Assembly (NCBI RefSeq): GCF_009914755.1 | Contig: NC_060925.1 | Direction: 5' to 3' (one strand) | DNA from: the human T2T-CHM13v2.0 reference genome, Homo sapiens | Length of the DNA: 64,000 nucleotides | In this document: positions 1 to 18,250 of the stretch, in pieces | How the letters are laid out: each line of letters starts with the position of its first letter | Numbering within the stretch: the first letter of the stretch is position 1 | Notes under the pieces: model-generated | What the model saw: only the letters and a program-made list of their open reading frames with translations | What the model was told of the DNA's origin: nothing | The model's database searches: none | Position numbers and translations under genes: made by a program

Positions 1-125
1 AGCAACTACTCACCTCTGCAATGTAGCATGAAAGCAGTCATTGACAACGTAAATAAATGAGTTTGGCTTTGTTCAATAAAACTTTATTTACAAAAACAGG
101 TGATGGTCTAGTTTGCTAACCACTT
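1..125 (+). mobile_element. MER58-like hAT DNA transposon fragment (3' part)
   Basis: Motif 'aataaaactttatttacaaaaacagg...agtttgctaacc' resembles the MER58A/B end. Confidence 0.6.
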
Positions 126-1105
126 TCTGGACTTTCAGTAACTGAGGCTGGCCTCAATATTTTGATGAAAACACTGTATAATTTGGCAAAAGATCTGTTT
201 GTTTGGGGTAGTACCAGATTTTATATATAATGTAGAAAGTTTTTATATATGTGTAATTCCTGAAACAATTTTGATGTACCAGTGTTGGGAATAAATTAAG
301 AAATTGCTTAGAAAGTTCTGTCTTAGTAATGTACAGATCTCAACTCCACAAAATTCTTTGTTCCCACAGGGGTTACTTTTTTAAAGCCTCATTTATTTTA
401 ACAGATACTTATTTTGTTTCTACTATGGATAAAGTGTAGACTGGCTCTTTGTTTCAGCTAGTCAGTCAGCCATTCATATGTGTGTGTATACACACACACA
501 CTCACACACACAAACAGCATCAACATGTCATGCTATGACTTGTGATATAGCCGTAAAAAATAAAGAAAAAGAAATCTCTGGGATTACAGAGATTTTATTA
601 TAGTAGGTAGCATAAAATAAGCAATAAACATAATACATTAATATAATATATAGCATGGTAGAGTGGTAAGTGTAATAGAGAAAGAGGTCAGGATAAGGAG
701 ATATGAGATGCCCAAGGTGTAAAAGGAGAAGACTGGAATTTTAAGTGAATGGTTAGGATTGCCCTCTAGAGATGGTGAAGTGGAATAAGCGAGTCATGGG
801 GAAAGAGCATTACAAGCAGAAGTAACACGTATGACAAAAATATAAGGTTAGAATTAGGGAATCTGGTTGAAAATCCATTGCAGTAATATGTGAGATGATG
901 GTGGTTCAGAAGAGGGTGATAGAAGTCAAGATGGTGTAAGGTTCCATATTGTAAACATGAAATGAAAGTAGGGCCGAAATAATTTCCTGATATGATATAG
1001 ATATGTTTTGTAAAGAAAGAGAGGCATTAAGAATGACTCTAAAGAATCAATTGTTTGATATAGTTAATATTCAAATGTTAACATTTTGACATGATTAACA
1101 ATTTA

Positions 1106-2952
1106 TTTTTTAAAAATTTGTTTAAATCTCCTGTAATTACTTAGAAAAACTTTTAAGTTCAGGGGCACATATGCTGGTTTGTTACATAGGTAAACCTTTG
1201 TCATGGGGGTTCATTGTACAGATTATTTCATTGCCATGTATTAAGCCTAGTACTCATTAGTTATTTTTCATGACACTCTCCCTCCTCCCACCCTCCACCT
1301 CCAGTAGGCCCCAGTGTGTGTTGTTCCCTTCTATGTGTCCATGTGTTCTCATCATTTAGCTCCCACTTATAAGTGAGAGCATGTGATCTTTGGTTTTCTC
1401 TTCCTGCCTTAGTTTGCCAAGGATGATCACCTCCAGCTCCATCCATGTCCCTGCAAAGGACATGATGGTGTATATGTACCAAATTTTCTTCATCCAGTCT
1501 ATCACTGATGGACATTTAGATTGATTTCATATTTTTGCTATTGTGAATAGTGTTTCAATGAATATACTCATGCATTTATCTTTATAATAGAATGATTTAT
1601 ATTTTGGAAGGTATATACCCAGTAATAGGATTGCCAGGTCAAATGTTATTTTTGTCTTTAGGTCTTTGAGAAATTGTCACACTGTCTTCCACAATGGGTG
1701 AACGAATACGTACCCCTACCAACAGTGAGTAAGCATTCCTTTTTCTACACAACCTTGACAGCATGTTATTTTTGACATTTTAATAATAGCCATTGTGACT
1801 GGTGTGAGATGGTATCCCATTGTGGGTTTGATTTCTTTTCTCTAATGATCAGTGATGCTGAGCTTTTTTAAAAAATATGATTGTTGGTTGCATGTATGGC
1901 TTCTTTTGAGAAGTGTCTGTTCATGTCCTTTGCCCGCTTTTTAATTGGGCTGTTTTTTCTTATAAATTTGTTTAAGTTCCATATATATGCTGGATATTAC
2001 ACCTTTGTCACATGTATAGTTTGCAAAATATTCTCCCATTCTGTACATGGTCTGTTTACTCTGTTGATAGCTTCTTTTGATATTCAGAAGCTCTTTAGTT
2101 TAATTAGATCCCGTTTGTCAATCTTTGCTTTTGTTGCAACTGCTTTTGGCATCTTCATTGTAAAATCTTTCCTTGTGCCTATGTCCCGAATGGTATTGCC
2201 TAGGTTGTCTTCCAGGGTTTTTATAGTTTTAGGGTTTACATTTAAAATCTGTAGCATTCCTATATACCAACAGTCAAGCTGAGAGCCAAATCATGAACAA
2301 ACTTCCTTTCCCAATTGCCATAAAGAGAATAAAATACCTAGGAATACAGCTAACAAGGGAGGTGAAATATGTCTACAAGGAGAACTACAAAACACTGCTC
2401 CAAGATATCAGAGATGACACAAATATATCAAGAAACATTCATTCTCATGGATAGGAAGAATCATCATCATTAAAAAATTGTCATATGGCCTAAAGCAATT
2501 TATAGATTCAATGCTATTTCCATTAAAAACTACCATTGACATTCTTCACAGCACTATAGAAATCTATTTTAAAATTCATATGGAACCCCAAAAGAACTTG
2601 AATAGTCAACACAATCCTAAGCAAAAAGAACAAAGCTGAAGTCATCATGCTACCAGACTTCGAACTATACTACAGGCCTGCAGTAACCAAAAGAGCATGA
2701 CAATCATACAAGAACAGACACATAGACCAATGGAGCAGACAGAGAACCCAGAAATAAGACTACACACCTGCAAGTATCTGATCTTCAACAAGTCTGTTAA
2801 AAGCAAGCAATGTGGAAAGGATTCTCTTTTCAATAAATGGTTCTGGGATAATTGTCTAGCCATATGCAGAAAATTGGAACTGGACCTCTTTCTTACACCA
2901 TATACAAAAAATTAACTACAGATGGATTAAAGACTAAAATGTAAAACCAAAA
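1106..2952 (-). mobile_element. 5'-truncated, 5'-inverted (twin-primed) older primate L1 (about L1PA10-16/L1PB)
   Basis: Minus-strand L1 3'UTR and ORF2 end at ~1150-2244, then an abrupt switch to plus-strand ORF2 at ~2245-2952; candidate TSD atgattaacaattta (1091-1105) / ataattaacagttta (2953-2967), 13/15 match. Confidence 0.85.
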
Positions 2953-3112
2953 ATAATTAACAGTTTAAGAGTGGACAATGTAAACATGATGATTAACTCA
3001 GAAAAATAATACTTAAAAATTTAGGCAAGCAGTAAATTGATTTAGGAAAAAGTTTTCTCAGAAAACTTATGAAGCTGTGTGTATGCCACATTTTCCTATT
3101 TTCTGTGTTCTT

Positions 3113-7213
<4,101 letters not shown>

Positions 7214-8929
7214 CTATTTTCTGTGTTCTTGTACTAGTTTTTGCAATGACCATTGCAGCATTCCCCATATCTTGATTGAATTTATATTTTTGTTATGTCC
7301 ACCGTCAATTATGATCTGTGAGTTTCTTTACAAAAGTGTATGAGTTTTATCAGCTGTATGGTACTCACACCAAGCATATTGTTTGTCAGATGGAAGACAC
7401 TTAATTAATGCTGGTTCAATTATTGTTTGATGGATTTAGCTAATGTTAATTGAACACTTGCTGAGTTTCTGAGCTTATTTTAAATGCTTTACCTGCCTTA
7501 TGTAATTTTATTCTTAGCAAAATGATATAGGGCTGCTCCATTATCATCTTGTTTCAAGGTTAAGAATGTAAGCTTTAGAAAGATTCACAATCATTCTCAA
7601 AATTACACAGCAAGCAAGTGGAAGGGAAAAGGTGTAAATCCTTACCCCACCCTGTACAACACTATAACATATAAAGAACTGAGCCCCATGTCAAAAGAAT
7701 GGGTTGAAGTTTGTAGGATTGCTTGAAAATTGATGTGTTTTTTTTTTTTCTGGTAGGTTTTGGAAGATAAGTAATCTTAGCCTTTGGAAGACTATTTCGT
7801 TGGTCATATATTTATTAATTATCTATGAGTTTCTATGTGCTGTTTAAGTAATGGATATTAATAGTGAACAAAATATGTAGTATACATTTCCATTAAGCAT
7901 TAACTTTAATGAGAAATAGAGACAATAAATAAATAGATACCATGTGTGACCAACTCACACAAATTTTTATGGCCTTACTCAACAGACAGGTCCTCAGTGA
8001 TAATGTGACTTGTTATTATATTTAAAATAGATAAATTCTCTTATTTTATATTCTACCTCCTTACATATTTTCTTGTCAATAATCTCCAGTATCTACAATT
8101 CCTGGGGGTTTGAAATATTTAAGGCTGATTGAAGAAAAATATATGACCTCAAGCGGCATTAACCAACAACAAAATTTATTTGAGTTGCTGTTAGAGAGGG
8201 TTGCATGAGAGGGAAAATCCCCCACACAGGAATCTATTCAGGCTCCAGAGCTGGAGTCACTACTCAGAAAGGGAGGAAAGCAAGGGAACTCCTGAAAGAG
8301 AAAAGTGTTATCCAGAGAGGGGAATCATTTGTCTAGATGAAGTTCAGTAGCACTAGAAGGGAATAACTGGATCAGAGCACTCTATAGCAGCTTGAGGCCT
8401 AATACCTTTAGGACTCTATCTTATCCATAAGTGCTGGGTGTGATTTCCTGCATGTGTGAAGCAAGTGGTCTCTACCTGGTTAAAAAATTGTTGTTTGGGC
8501 TATTTTTAAAATATGTAGATCTATAAACATTTTAGTTTGGTGCCAGTAGCCATTTTGAGCTAATGAGTCTCAGCCTGCAGGGAAAAAATTAACAACCTAG
8601 GGACTAATACAGACAGGATATTTCTGGCTCACTTATAAGACAAACATACATATATATTATAATTATTTACCTTGTTTATTGTCTATCAATGTCACTAGAA
8701 CATAAGCCAAACATTGCTGACCATTCAATCTTCAGGTCTTAGTAATTTGCTAGGTACCCAACAACTCCTCAATAAATATTAATTGTCAATTATTTTGTTA
8801 ATCTTAAAAATGTGAAATATAACTCATCTCAACATCATAAAGGAAAATAGTTTGCTATATAATCAAAATAGTTACTTAAATCAGAATTCATTAAAATTTT
8901 GAATATTTAAAATAACTATGTAATTTAAT

Positions 8930-11900
8930 TCTTATTTTTTATAGGTACATAGTATGTGTGTATTTCTATTATATACATGAAAATATTTAATATTTTGATA
9001 CAGACATATAATGCATAATATCACATCAAGGTAATGAAGTACCTCTCACCTCAATAATTCACCATTACTTTGTTTTACAAACATTCCAATTGTACTCCCT
9101 CAGTTATTCCAGTTATTCTAAAATGTATAGCACATTACTACTGACTGTAGTCACCTTGTTGTGCTATAAGATATTAGATCTTATTCATTGTATCTTACTG
9201 TATGTTTGTGCCCATTAACCATCCCCATTTTCCACCCCCTCCCATTCCCCTTCCCTGTCTCTGATAACCATCATTCTATTTTCTCTCTCCATGAGTTTAA
9301 TTTTTAGCTCCCACAAATGAAGGAGAACATGTGAAATTTGTCTTTTTGTGCCCAACTTATTTCAATGTCCTCCAGTTTCATCCATGTTGTTGCAAATCAC
9401 AGGATCTCATTATTTTTTGTGTCAGAATAGTACCCAATTGTGTATATGTACTACATTTTCTTTATCCATGGGTCTATTGATGGACGCTTAGGTTGGTTTC
9501 AAATCTTGGCTATTGAAAATTATGTTGCAACAAACATGAATGCAGATATCTCTTTAATACACTAATTCCCTTTCTTTTGGATATATATTTAATAAGGAGA
9601 TTGTTGGATCTCATGGTAGTTCTATTTTTAGTTGTTTGAAGAACCTCCATATTCTGGCCATAGTGTCTGTACTCATTTATATTCCCACCAACAGTGAAGG
9701 AGGGTTCTCTTTTCTCCATATCCTCACCAGCATCCATTATTGCCTGTGTTTTGGATAAAAACCATTTTAACTGGAGTGAAGTGATATCTGATTGTAGTTT
9801 TAATTGTATTTCTCTGTTAATCAATGATGTTGAGATATTCCAATTTACCATTTGTATGTCTTTTGAGAAATATCTATTTTGATTTTGTGTCCATTTTGTA
9901 TTCAGTTTATTAGATTTTTTCTATTGAATTGCTTGAGCTCCTTATATATTTTGGTTATTAATTCTTTATCAGACAGGTAGTTTACAAATATTTTCTCCCA
10001 TTCTCTAGGCTGTCTCTTTGCTTTATTTATTTATTTTTGCTGTGTAGAAGATTTTAAGCTTGATGTGATCCTATTTGTACACTTTTGCTTTAGTTGCCTT
10101 TGCTTTGAGGTATTAGTCAATAAATCTTTGCCAAACCAATGTCTTGAAGCATTTCCCCAGTGTTTTCTTTTAGTTGTTTTATTGTTTGAGATCTTATATT
10201 GAAGTCTTTAATCCATTTGATTTGATTTAATTTTGGTATATCATGAGAGACAGGGTTCTAGTTTCATTCTTCTGCTTATGGATATCCAGTTTGCTGAGCA
10301 CCATTTATTGAAGAGACTGTCCTTTACTGAATGTAAATTACTACAAACTTTGTTGAAAATGAGTTCACTGTAGATGTACTGATTTATTTCTGGATCCTCT
10401 ATTCTGCTCCACTGGTCTATGTGTCTGTTTTTGTGCCAGGACCATGCTGTTTTGGTTACTATAACTTTGTAGTATAATTTGAAGTCAGGTAATGTAACTC
10501 CTCCAGTTTTGTCTTGTGGTTTTTTGCTCAGTAATACTTTGACTACTCTGGGTCTTTTGTGGTTCCATATAAACTTTTTTTTCTTTTTCTGCGAGCAGTG
10601 CCATTGGTATTTTGATAGAGATTGCATTGAATCTGTAGATTGTTTTGGGTACTATGGACATTTTAACAATCCATGAACATGGGATAGCTTTCCTTCATTT
10701 TTTTTTTCTGTCCTCTTTGATTTCTTGTATCAGTGACATTGTTTTCATTGTGGAGGCCTTTCACTTCATTGGTTAAGTTTATTCTTAGGTATTTAATTTT
10801 ATTTGTAGCTATTATAAATAAGATTACTGTCTGGATTTTTTTCCAGATTGTTCACTGTTATCATGTAGAAATTCTACTGATTTTTGTATGTTGATTTTGT
10901 AGCCTGCAACTATACTGAATTCTTGTATCAGATGAATAGGTTTTTGGTGGAGTCTTTTGGTGTTTCCAAATATAAGCTAATATCATCTGCAAACAAGGAT
11001 AATTTGACTTCTTCCCTTCTGAAGTTTAGAAAGGACAGTATAGATGTCTTTCCTCTCCAAATATCATGTTGAAATGTAATTACCAATGTTGGAAGTGGGG
11101 CCTATTTAGAGGTGATTTGATTATGAGGGTGGATTACTCATAAATAGTTTAGCACCATCCACTTGGTAATAAATGAGTTCTTGCTCAGTTATTTCATGTG
11201 AGATCTGGTTGTTAAAAAGTCAGAAACCTCCCCCTGCTTGTTGTCTTGCTCCCAGTCTAGTAATGTGATGGACCAGCTCCTGTCTGCCTTCCACCATAAT
11301 TCTAAGTTTTCTGAGGAGGCCCTTAACAGAAGACAAACAGATGTTTGTGCCAAGCGTATACAGCCTGCAGAACCATGAGCCCATTAAACCTATTTTCTTT
11401 GTAGATTGCCCACTCTCAGGTATTCCTTTGCAGCAACTCAAGAACAACTTAATACACTTTCCAATTTGGATGCCCTCTTACTCTTCTCTGACTGTTCTAG
11501 CTAGGACTTTCAGTATTAGTTTGAACAGTAGTGAAAGGGGGCATCCTTGTCTTATTCCAGATTTTAGAGAAAAGGCTTTCAACTTTTCCCCATTCAGTAT
11601 GATACTCGCTGTGGATCTCTCATATATGACTTTTATTGTGTTGAGGTATGTTCCTTCTATACCCAGTTTTATTAGAGTTTTTATCATGAAGGAATGTTTA
11701 ATTTTATCAAATGCTTTATTCTCATCAATTGAAATGTGTATGGTTTTATTCTTTATTCTGTGTATATGATGTATCATATTGATTGATTTACATATGTTGA
11801 ACCATCCTTACATCTCTGGGATAAATACCACTTGGTCATGATGAATAATATTTTTAATGTGTTGCTGAATTTGGTTTGCTAGTGTTTTTGGCAGAGGAGT

Positions 11901-14900
11901 TAACAACATTCATCAGAGATATTAGCCTGTAGTTTTCTTTTTTTTTTTTTTATGTATCTTTGGTTTTGATATCAGGGTAACACTGGCCTTGTAGAATGAG
12001 TTTGAAAGTATTTCCTCCTTCTCTGGTTTTTGAAATAGTTTGAGTAGGATTGGTATTAGTTCCTCTTTAAATGCTTGGTAAACTGAGCAATGAAGCCATC
12101 AAGTCCCAGGCTTTTCTCTGCTGGGAGATACTTTGTTGCAGCTTTGATTACATTACTTGTTATTGGTCTATTCAGCTTTTGGATTTCTTCATTGTTCAAT
12201 CTTTGTTGGTTGTATGTATCTAGGAATTTATCTATTTCTTCTAGCATTTCTAGTTTATTCTCATATAGTGGCTCATATTAGTCTCTAATGATCCTTTAAA
12301 TTTCTGTGGTATCCATTGCAATGTCTCCTTTTATATCTCTGATTCCATTTATTTAGGACTTCTGTCTTTCTTAGCCTGGCTAATTTGTTGATTTTGTTGT
12401 CTGTTATTTTGTCTGTCTTTTCAAATAACCTACTTTTGTTTTATTGATCTTTTGTATTGTTTTCTTATTTTAATTTCATTTATTTCTGTGCTGATCTTTG
12501 TTTCTTTTCTTCTAATTTTGGGTTTGCTTTGTTTTTCTCTTTAAGATTCATTGGTAAGTTGTTTATTTGTAATTTTTCTACTTTTTTGATGTAGGCACTT
12601 ATGACTATAAACATTCCTCTTAGTACTGCTTTTGCTGTAGGTCTAGGTTTCCATTTTCATTTGTTTAAAGAAATTTTTAAAGAAATTTAAAATTTAAAAA
12701 TTTAAAAATTTCTTTAAAAATTCTGGTATGTTTCAATTTTTGCTTTCTATTTTTTTTACATCTGTTGTAGGTTTTTTGATTTGAAATTACCATGAGGTTT
12801 GCAAACAACATCCTATAACCCATTATTTTAAACTGATAATAGCTTAATGTGGATTGTACAAACAAACAAGCAAAGAGAAAACTGACAGAAATTCTACACT
12901 TTAACTTCTTCCTCCCAACTCTTGACTTTTTCTTGTTTCTATTTATTATACAGTTTATTACCATAAAAGTTGTAGTTATTACTTTTGGTAAGTTTATCTT
13001 TTAGTCTTCCTACTCAAGATATGCAGAGTTCACACACCACAATTATACTGTGCAATAATCTGTATTTGTCTGTGTACTTACTGTAACTAGTGAGTTGTCT
13101 GCCTTCAGATGATTTCTTATCTCTTATTAACATTCTTTTCTTTCAGCTTGAAGAACTCTCTTTTTCATTTCTCATAAGGTAGGTCTGGTATTCATGAAAT
13201 TCTTCAGTTTTTGTTCGTCTGAAAAAGTCTTTATTTTTTCTTCATGTTCGAAGGATATTTTCACTGGATATAACATCCTAGGATGAAATATTTTTTCTTC
13301 AGGACTTTAAATATGTCATGCTATGCCACTGTCTCCTGGCCTGTAAGGCTTCCCTGAAGAAATTTGCTGCCAGATATGTTGAAGCTCCTTTACATGTTTA
13401 TTTCTTTTTTTTTACTTTTATTTTCTTTTGCTGGTTTAGGATCCTTTTTTTTACCATTGAGCTTTAGGAGTCTGATTATCAAACGTTTGAAGTAGTCTTA
13501 TTGGGTTAAATCTACTTGTTGTTCTATTGCTTTCTTATACTTGAATATTGAAATCTCTCTTTAAGTTTGGAAAATTCTGTTATTATCCTTTTTAATATAT
13601 TTTCTACCCTAATCTCTCTCTCTACCTCCTCTTTAAGGCTAATAACCCTTAGATTTGCCCTTTTGAAGCTATTTTCCACATCTGGTAGATATGCTTCTTC
13701 ATTTTCATTCTTTTTTCTTTTAACTCCTCTGTGTATTTCCACGTAGCTTGTCTTCAAGTTCATGAATTCTTTCGTCAGTTTGATGAACGCTGCTGTTGAG
13801 AGACTATGATACATTATTCAGTTTGTTCATTAAAGTTTCTATCTCCAGAATTTCTACTTGATTGGTTTTAATTATTTCAATCTCCTTGTTAAATTTAATT
13901 GATAGATTCTGAATTCCATCTCTATGTTACTTTAAATTTCACTGAGGTTTTTCTAAGCAGTTATTTTGAATTATCTGTCTGGAAGGTAACATATCTCTGT
14001 CACTCCAGAGTTGGTCCCTGGTGGCTTATTTAGTTTGTTTGATGATGTCATGTTTTCCTTAATGGTCTTAATACTTGTGGATGTTTGTTGGTGACTGGGC
14101 ATTGAAGAGTTAGGTATCTATTGTAATCTTTGCAGTCTTGGCTTGTTTGTACCTATCCTTCTTGAGAAGGCTTTCCACATATTCAAAGGAAATTGAGTGT
14201 TGTGATATAAGTCTTTGGTAACTACAGCTGTATGTGCATTAGGGGCCACACAAGCCTAGTAACACTGTGACTCTGGCAGACCAAGGTACCACCTTGGTTA
14301 TCTTGGGTAAGATCTAGAAGCATTCTCTAGATTACCAGGCAGAGTCTCTTGTTCTCTTCCCTTACTTTCCCCCTAAAGAAATAGAATCTCTCTGTCCATG
14401 CTGAGCTGCCTGGAGTTGGTGGAGGGGTGTAGCAACCACTCCCATGGTCACCACCTCTTGGACTGTGCTGGATCACATCTGAAGCCAGGAGAATACTGGG
14501 TCTTGCCTAAGGCCTATGACAACTATTTCCTGGCTATCACTGATGTTTATTCAAGCCCCTAAGGCACTTCAGTCAGTGGTGATGAATCCTGTCAGGACTT
14601 GGTCTCTCTTTTTGAGGGAGTGGGTACCCTTCTGGCCCAGTACTGGTCTAGACATGCCAACCAGGAGCTAATGTCTAGGATTGAGAACTTTGAGAATCTG
14701 CTGGGTGCTTTTTTTTTTTCTTTTTTCTGTGACTGAGCTGGTACCAAAGTTGCAAGACAAAGTCCTTTTTACTCTTCCATCTCCTTTACTCAAGCAGAAA
14801 CAGTGTCTCCCCATGGCTACCATAGCTGGAAATGTGCTGGGTCATACTTGAAGCCAATATAGTGTTGGGTCTTTCCTAAGTCCCATGGTGGCTGCTGCCT

Positions 14901-15810
14901 GGCTACTGCTGATGTTTATTCAAAGCCCAAGGTCTCTTTAGTCAGCAGGTCATGAATTCTGCCAGGACTACTTCCCTTCAGGGCAACGGGTTTCCTTCTG
15001 GCCAACGTGGGTCTAAACATGTCATCTTGGAGCTATGGCCTGGAATGGGGACTTTAAGACTCTGCTTGGCGCTTTATTTTACTGTGGCTGAGTCAGTATC
15101 TAAGGTGGATGACAAAGTTCTCTTTATTCTCCCCTCTCATCTTCTCAAGTAGAAGAAGGAGTCTCTCCCAGAGCTATAAGCTGCACTGCCTTGGGTTAGT
15201 GAAGGGGTAATGCAAGCACTCTTTTGCCTTCCCAGCTGGTGTTTCACTGGGTCACATGCACCCCAAGTTCACTGGCTCTGAGCTCAAGACAGCACCAAGA
15301 CTTGCTCAGAAATTACAGTCCCTGTGGCCTGGGTTGTCTTTAAAGTTTAAGGCCCCAGAGCACTATAGCCCATGGTGGTGGGGCTAGCTGGAACTCAGGT
15401 TCTGACCACTGGGATGGACAATGTCCCTCTGGCTAGAACTGGTCATGATGCTCCCTCCATGGCCACTGGCTGAATTCTGCCTGGCATTACTTTCCACTGT
15501 GACAGAGCAGCACTTCGTTCCAATGCAAAGTCCCACAGGCACTTTGCTCTACCTCACACACAGAGATTCTCATTATAAGCCATGCTGTACTCCCAGGAGA
15601 TGGGGAGTGGTGGTGTAGACAATTAAAGACTGTCTTTTCAACCTTCTTAAGTGCCTCTTTTCATGACATGATGCCAAAACCAAGTACTGTGATTGCTTAC
15701 CTGATTTATGCTTCTTAAGAAGGTGCTTTCTTGTATTGATACTTGTACAGTTTGGTGTTCCTGTGCGGGAAACAATTGCTGGGTTCTGTTTGGCCATCTT
15801 GCTCTGCTGG
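8930..15810 (-). mobile_element. Near full-length old L1 (L1MA1-4-like) with internal deletion
   Basis: L1MA-type 3' end from ~8930; ORF2 fragments at 9510-12247; ORF1 fragment at 13524-13814 (KRANLRVISLKEE); 5'UTR ends near 15800 with the reverse complement of GCAGAGCAAGATGGCC. Confidence 0.85.
11020..11456 (+). mobile_element. MST (MaLR) solo LTR inserted in L1 ORF2
   Basis: TG...ACA termini; 'ctccaaatatcatgttgaaatgtaat...gttggaagtgggg' and 'cagcctgcagaaccatgagcc...aaacc' are MSTB-like; imperfect 5-bp TSD ccttc/ctttc; L1 sequence resumes after it. Confidence 0.8.
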
Positions 15811-16864
15811 TCTTTGACAATAACATTATTTTAATTATAATTTGTAAATATATGGTTTCTTTTAGACATTTTAATATAGGAAAAAGTTTTTCTTTTAGAA
15901 ATCTAACTGCAGTTTCACTTAGTGTTTATAGAATAAAAAACAGTAAAATGTCGTTAATTATAATTTTAAATTTGGTATAGAAGCTATTTGTAAGGAAACA
16001 TGACTTAAAGTCATCTAGTCTCTTTACATTTTCCCATTCTTTGACAATTATTTTGCCTATAATGAAACAATAATATTTCTTTTAGTCACTAATACTTATT
16101 TTTATCTAAACTTCAAAAACATGTAACTTGGATTTCATAAAAACCAATTTTTATAATACTTTATATAATTAAAATCTGAGGTTACATTAACAAATACCTG
16201 CTGCATAAACATGTTTGGGAACAAACACATTTGTTTATAGGTGAAGATTCAACTCAACTCATGAGGGTAGAAGTGTGCTCAAACATTACCCAGCAGTCTA
16301 GAGTTTTTGCTAGTCTGTTTCTACTCTGGCCATCAAAAGATAACTCTAACTGAACTTGATCTCCTGATACAAACAAGAGAAAATGGAACAAACTATGTAA
16401 AACCACTCTTTCAGAAATTGTACAACATGCAGTATAGGACTATGATCCTTACAGGAGAAAAATAAGAGAGGTTAACTCTATGATCTCTCTGGCTTTCTAC
16501 CTGCAGTCAACAGAGAATCACATGAATGGTATACTAGTCACATAGGGTTGAGGAAAAAGACTTTAGAGTTTGGGGAGATTGATGTGACGGGGATTTTTGG
16601 AACAGATGGTGAGAGATAAATGAGCTATGTAGAAAAAGAGCTCCAGAAACATGTATATGAATTTCCTTAAGTGTTTTGGCCAAATACTAAACCGCACACT
16701 TACAAGGTAGAATATTACAAGGATTGGCAAGAAACAGTTCTAGAAGAAAGACAAACTACTGGAGAAATGAGAGATAAAAAATCTTGAGAGTTCACACTTT
16801 TGAACTGGTCAGAGTAGAGTTTTCATTGAATGTGTGATACATTTAGTAGAAACCTCCGAGTACA

Positions 16865-17065
16865 GAGATTTTCAATTAGAGGTAATATTGCCCTTTAGGG
16901 ATGTTAGAGACAATTTTGGTTTTCACAATTATAGGGTGTACTACTGGCAACTTATGGATAGAGGATAGAGATGTCACTAAATATCAGTAAATGCAATGCA
17001 CAAAACAGCCTCCTACAACAAAGAGATATTTAGGTACAATGTGAAAATTACTGATGTTGGGTAAC
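16865..17065 (+). mobile_element. MER20-like DNA transposon within old L1M fragments (~16300-17860)
   Basis: 'gagacaattttggttttcacaatt...ctactggca...atagagg...aatgcacaaaacagcc...acaacaaagag' matches the MER20 pattern. Confidence 0.6.
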
Positions 17066-18203
17066 TCCATCTTGGTAGTACAGCTAAACTAGCCCTGGAG
17101 TAAAGGTTACTGAGATGTTCCCAAAGATTAAAATTAAGCTGTGAAAGGAAAATCCAATTCAATAGTATATTTACTGCCTATCAAACAGAACACTGTTTAA
17201 AGAAAGACAACATAATCAGAACACAAGGCAATGCAATAATCACAATGTCAATCATACAATCAAAAATTAATCAGTGTGTGAAAAAGCACAAAAATATCTC
17301 CCATAACTCGGGGAAAAAATAAACATTTAATCTGAAGTGTTAGAAATGAAAGAGATGATGGAATGAGCAATCAAGAACTTTAAATATGCCATTACATATA
17401 TTCTTTAAAATGTAAAGAAAAATATAAGCATAATAACAAGATTAATGAAAGGCATAAAAATAGAATTGCTAAGGATAAAAAATACAATATCTGAAATTTA
17501 AAAATTAACTAGATTGGACAAACTGCTGATAAATAAACCAGTGTCGAATCTCAAAACATGTTTAGTGAAAAAATAAAGCCAATATGAAAGAGCCCCTAGA
17601 TTAAAATTTGTATAGTTCCATTCATATGAAATTCTAGAATAGGCAAAAATAATTTATATGGACAGAAGGAAAGTCAATGCTTGACTGAGGGTAAGGATAT
17701 ATTGGGAGATTGACTGCAAAGCAGTATGAGGGAACTTTATTGTATTATAGAATATTTTTTATTATGATATTTACACAGGTATGCCTATATATGTCAAAAC
17801 TCAATAAACACTATACTTAAAATGGATTCATTTTACTATATATGACAAATAAAGATGAAAATAATGAGAAAGAGACATCTTGTAAATTAACCTTACAAAA
17901 TGCCTTCCAATGTGAAATGGCAACATGTGACAATCATCTTAAATAAGAGCCTGTGAAGTAAAACAAGTGATCATTAACATCTTCAAAGCATTCTTCTGGA
18001 AATAGATTGATGAGTCCTAAATTTTCATTAAGGTACTTGCAAAGGCTAAATCATAGGGAGGTAAAATATATAATATGTAAATAAACCAACTTGAATATAG
18101 TCACATTTTAAAAATAAACATTTGAATCTGAACAGTCATGGACACTGGGAATTTCTATTTCTGATTATGTTATACCTTCAGAGAACATTTTTACATATCT
18201 TGA

Positions 18204-18250
18204 TGTGTGTGTGTGTGTATTTGTGTGTGTGAGAGAGTGTGTGTGTGTGT
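18204..18250. repeat. (TG)n/(GA)n microsatellite; a second (TG)n lies at ~18752-18786
   Basis: Direct reading. Confidence 0.9.
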
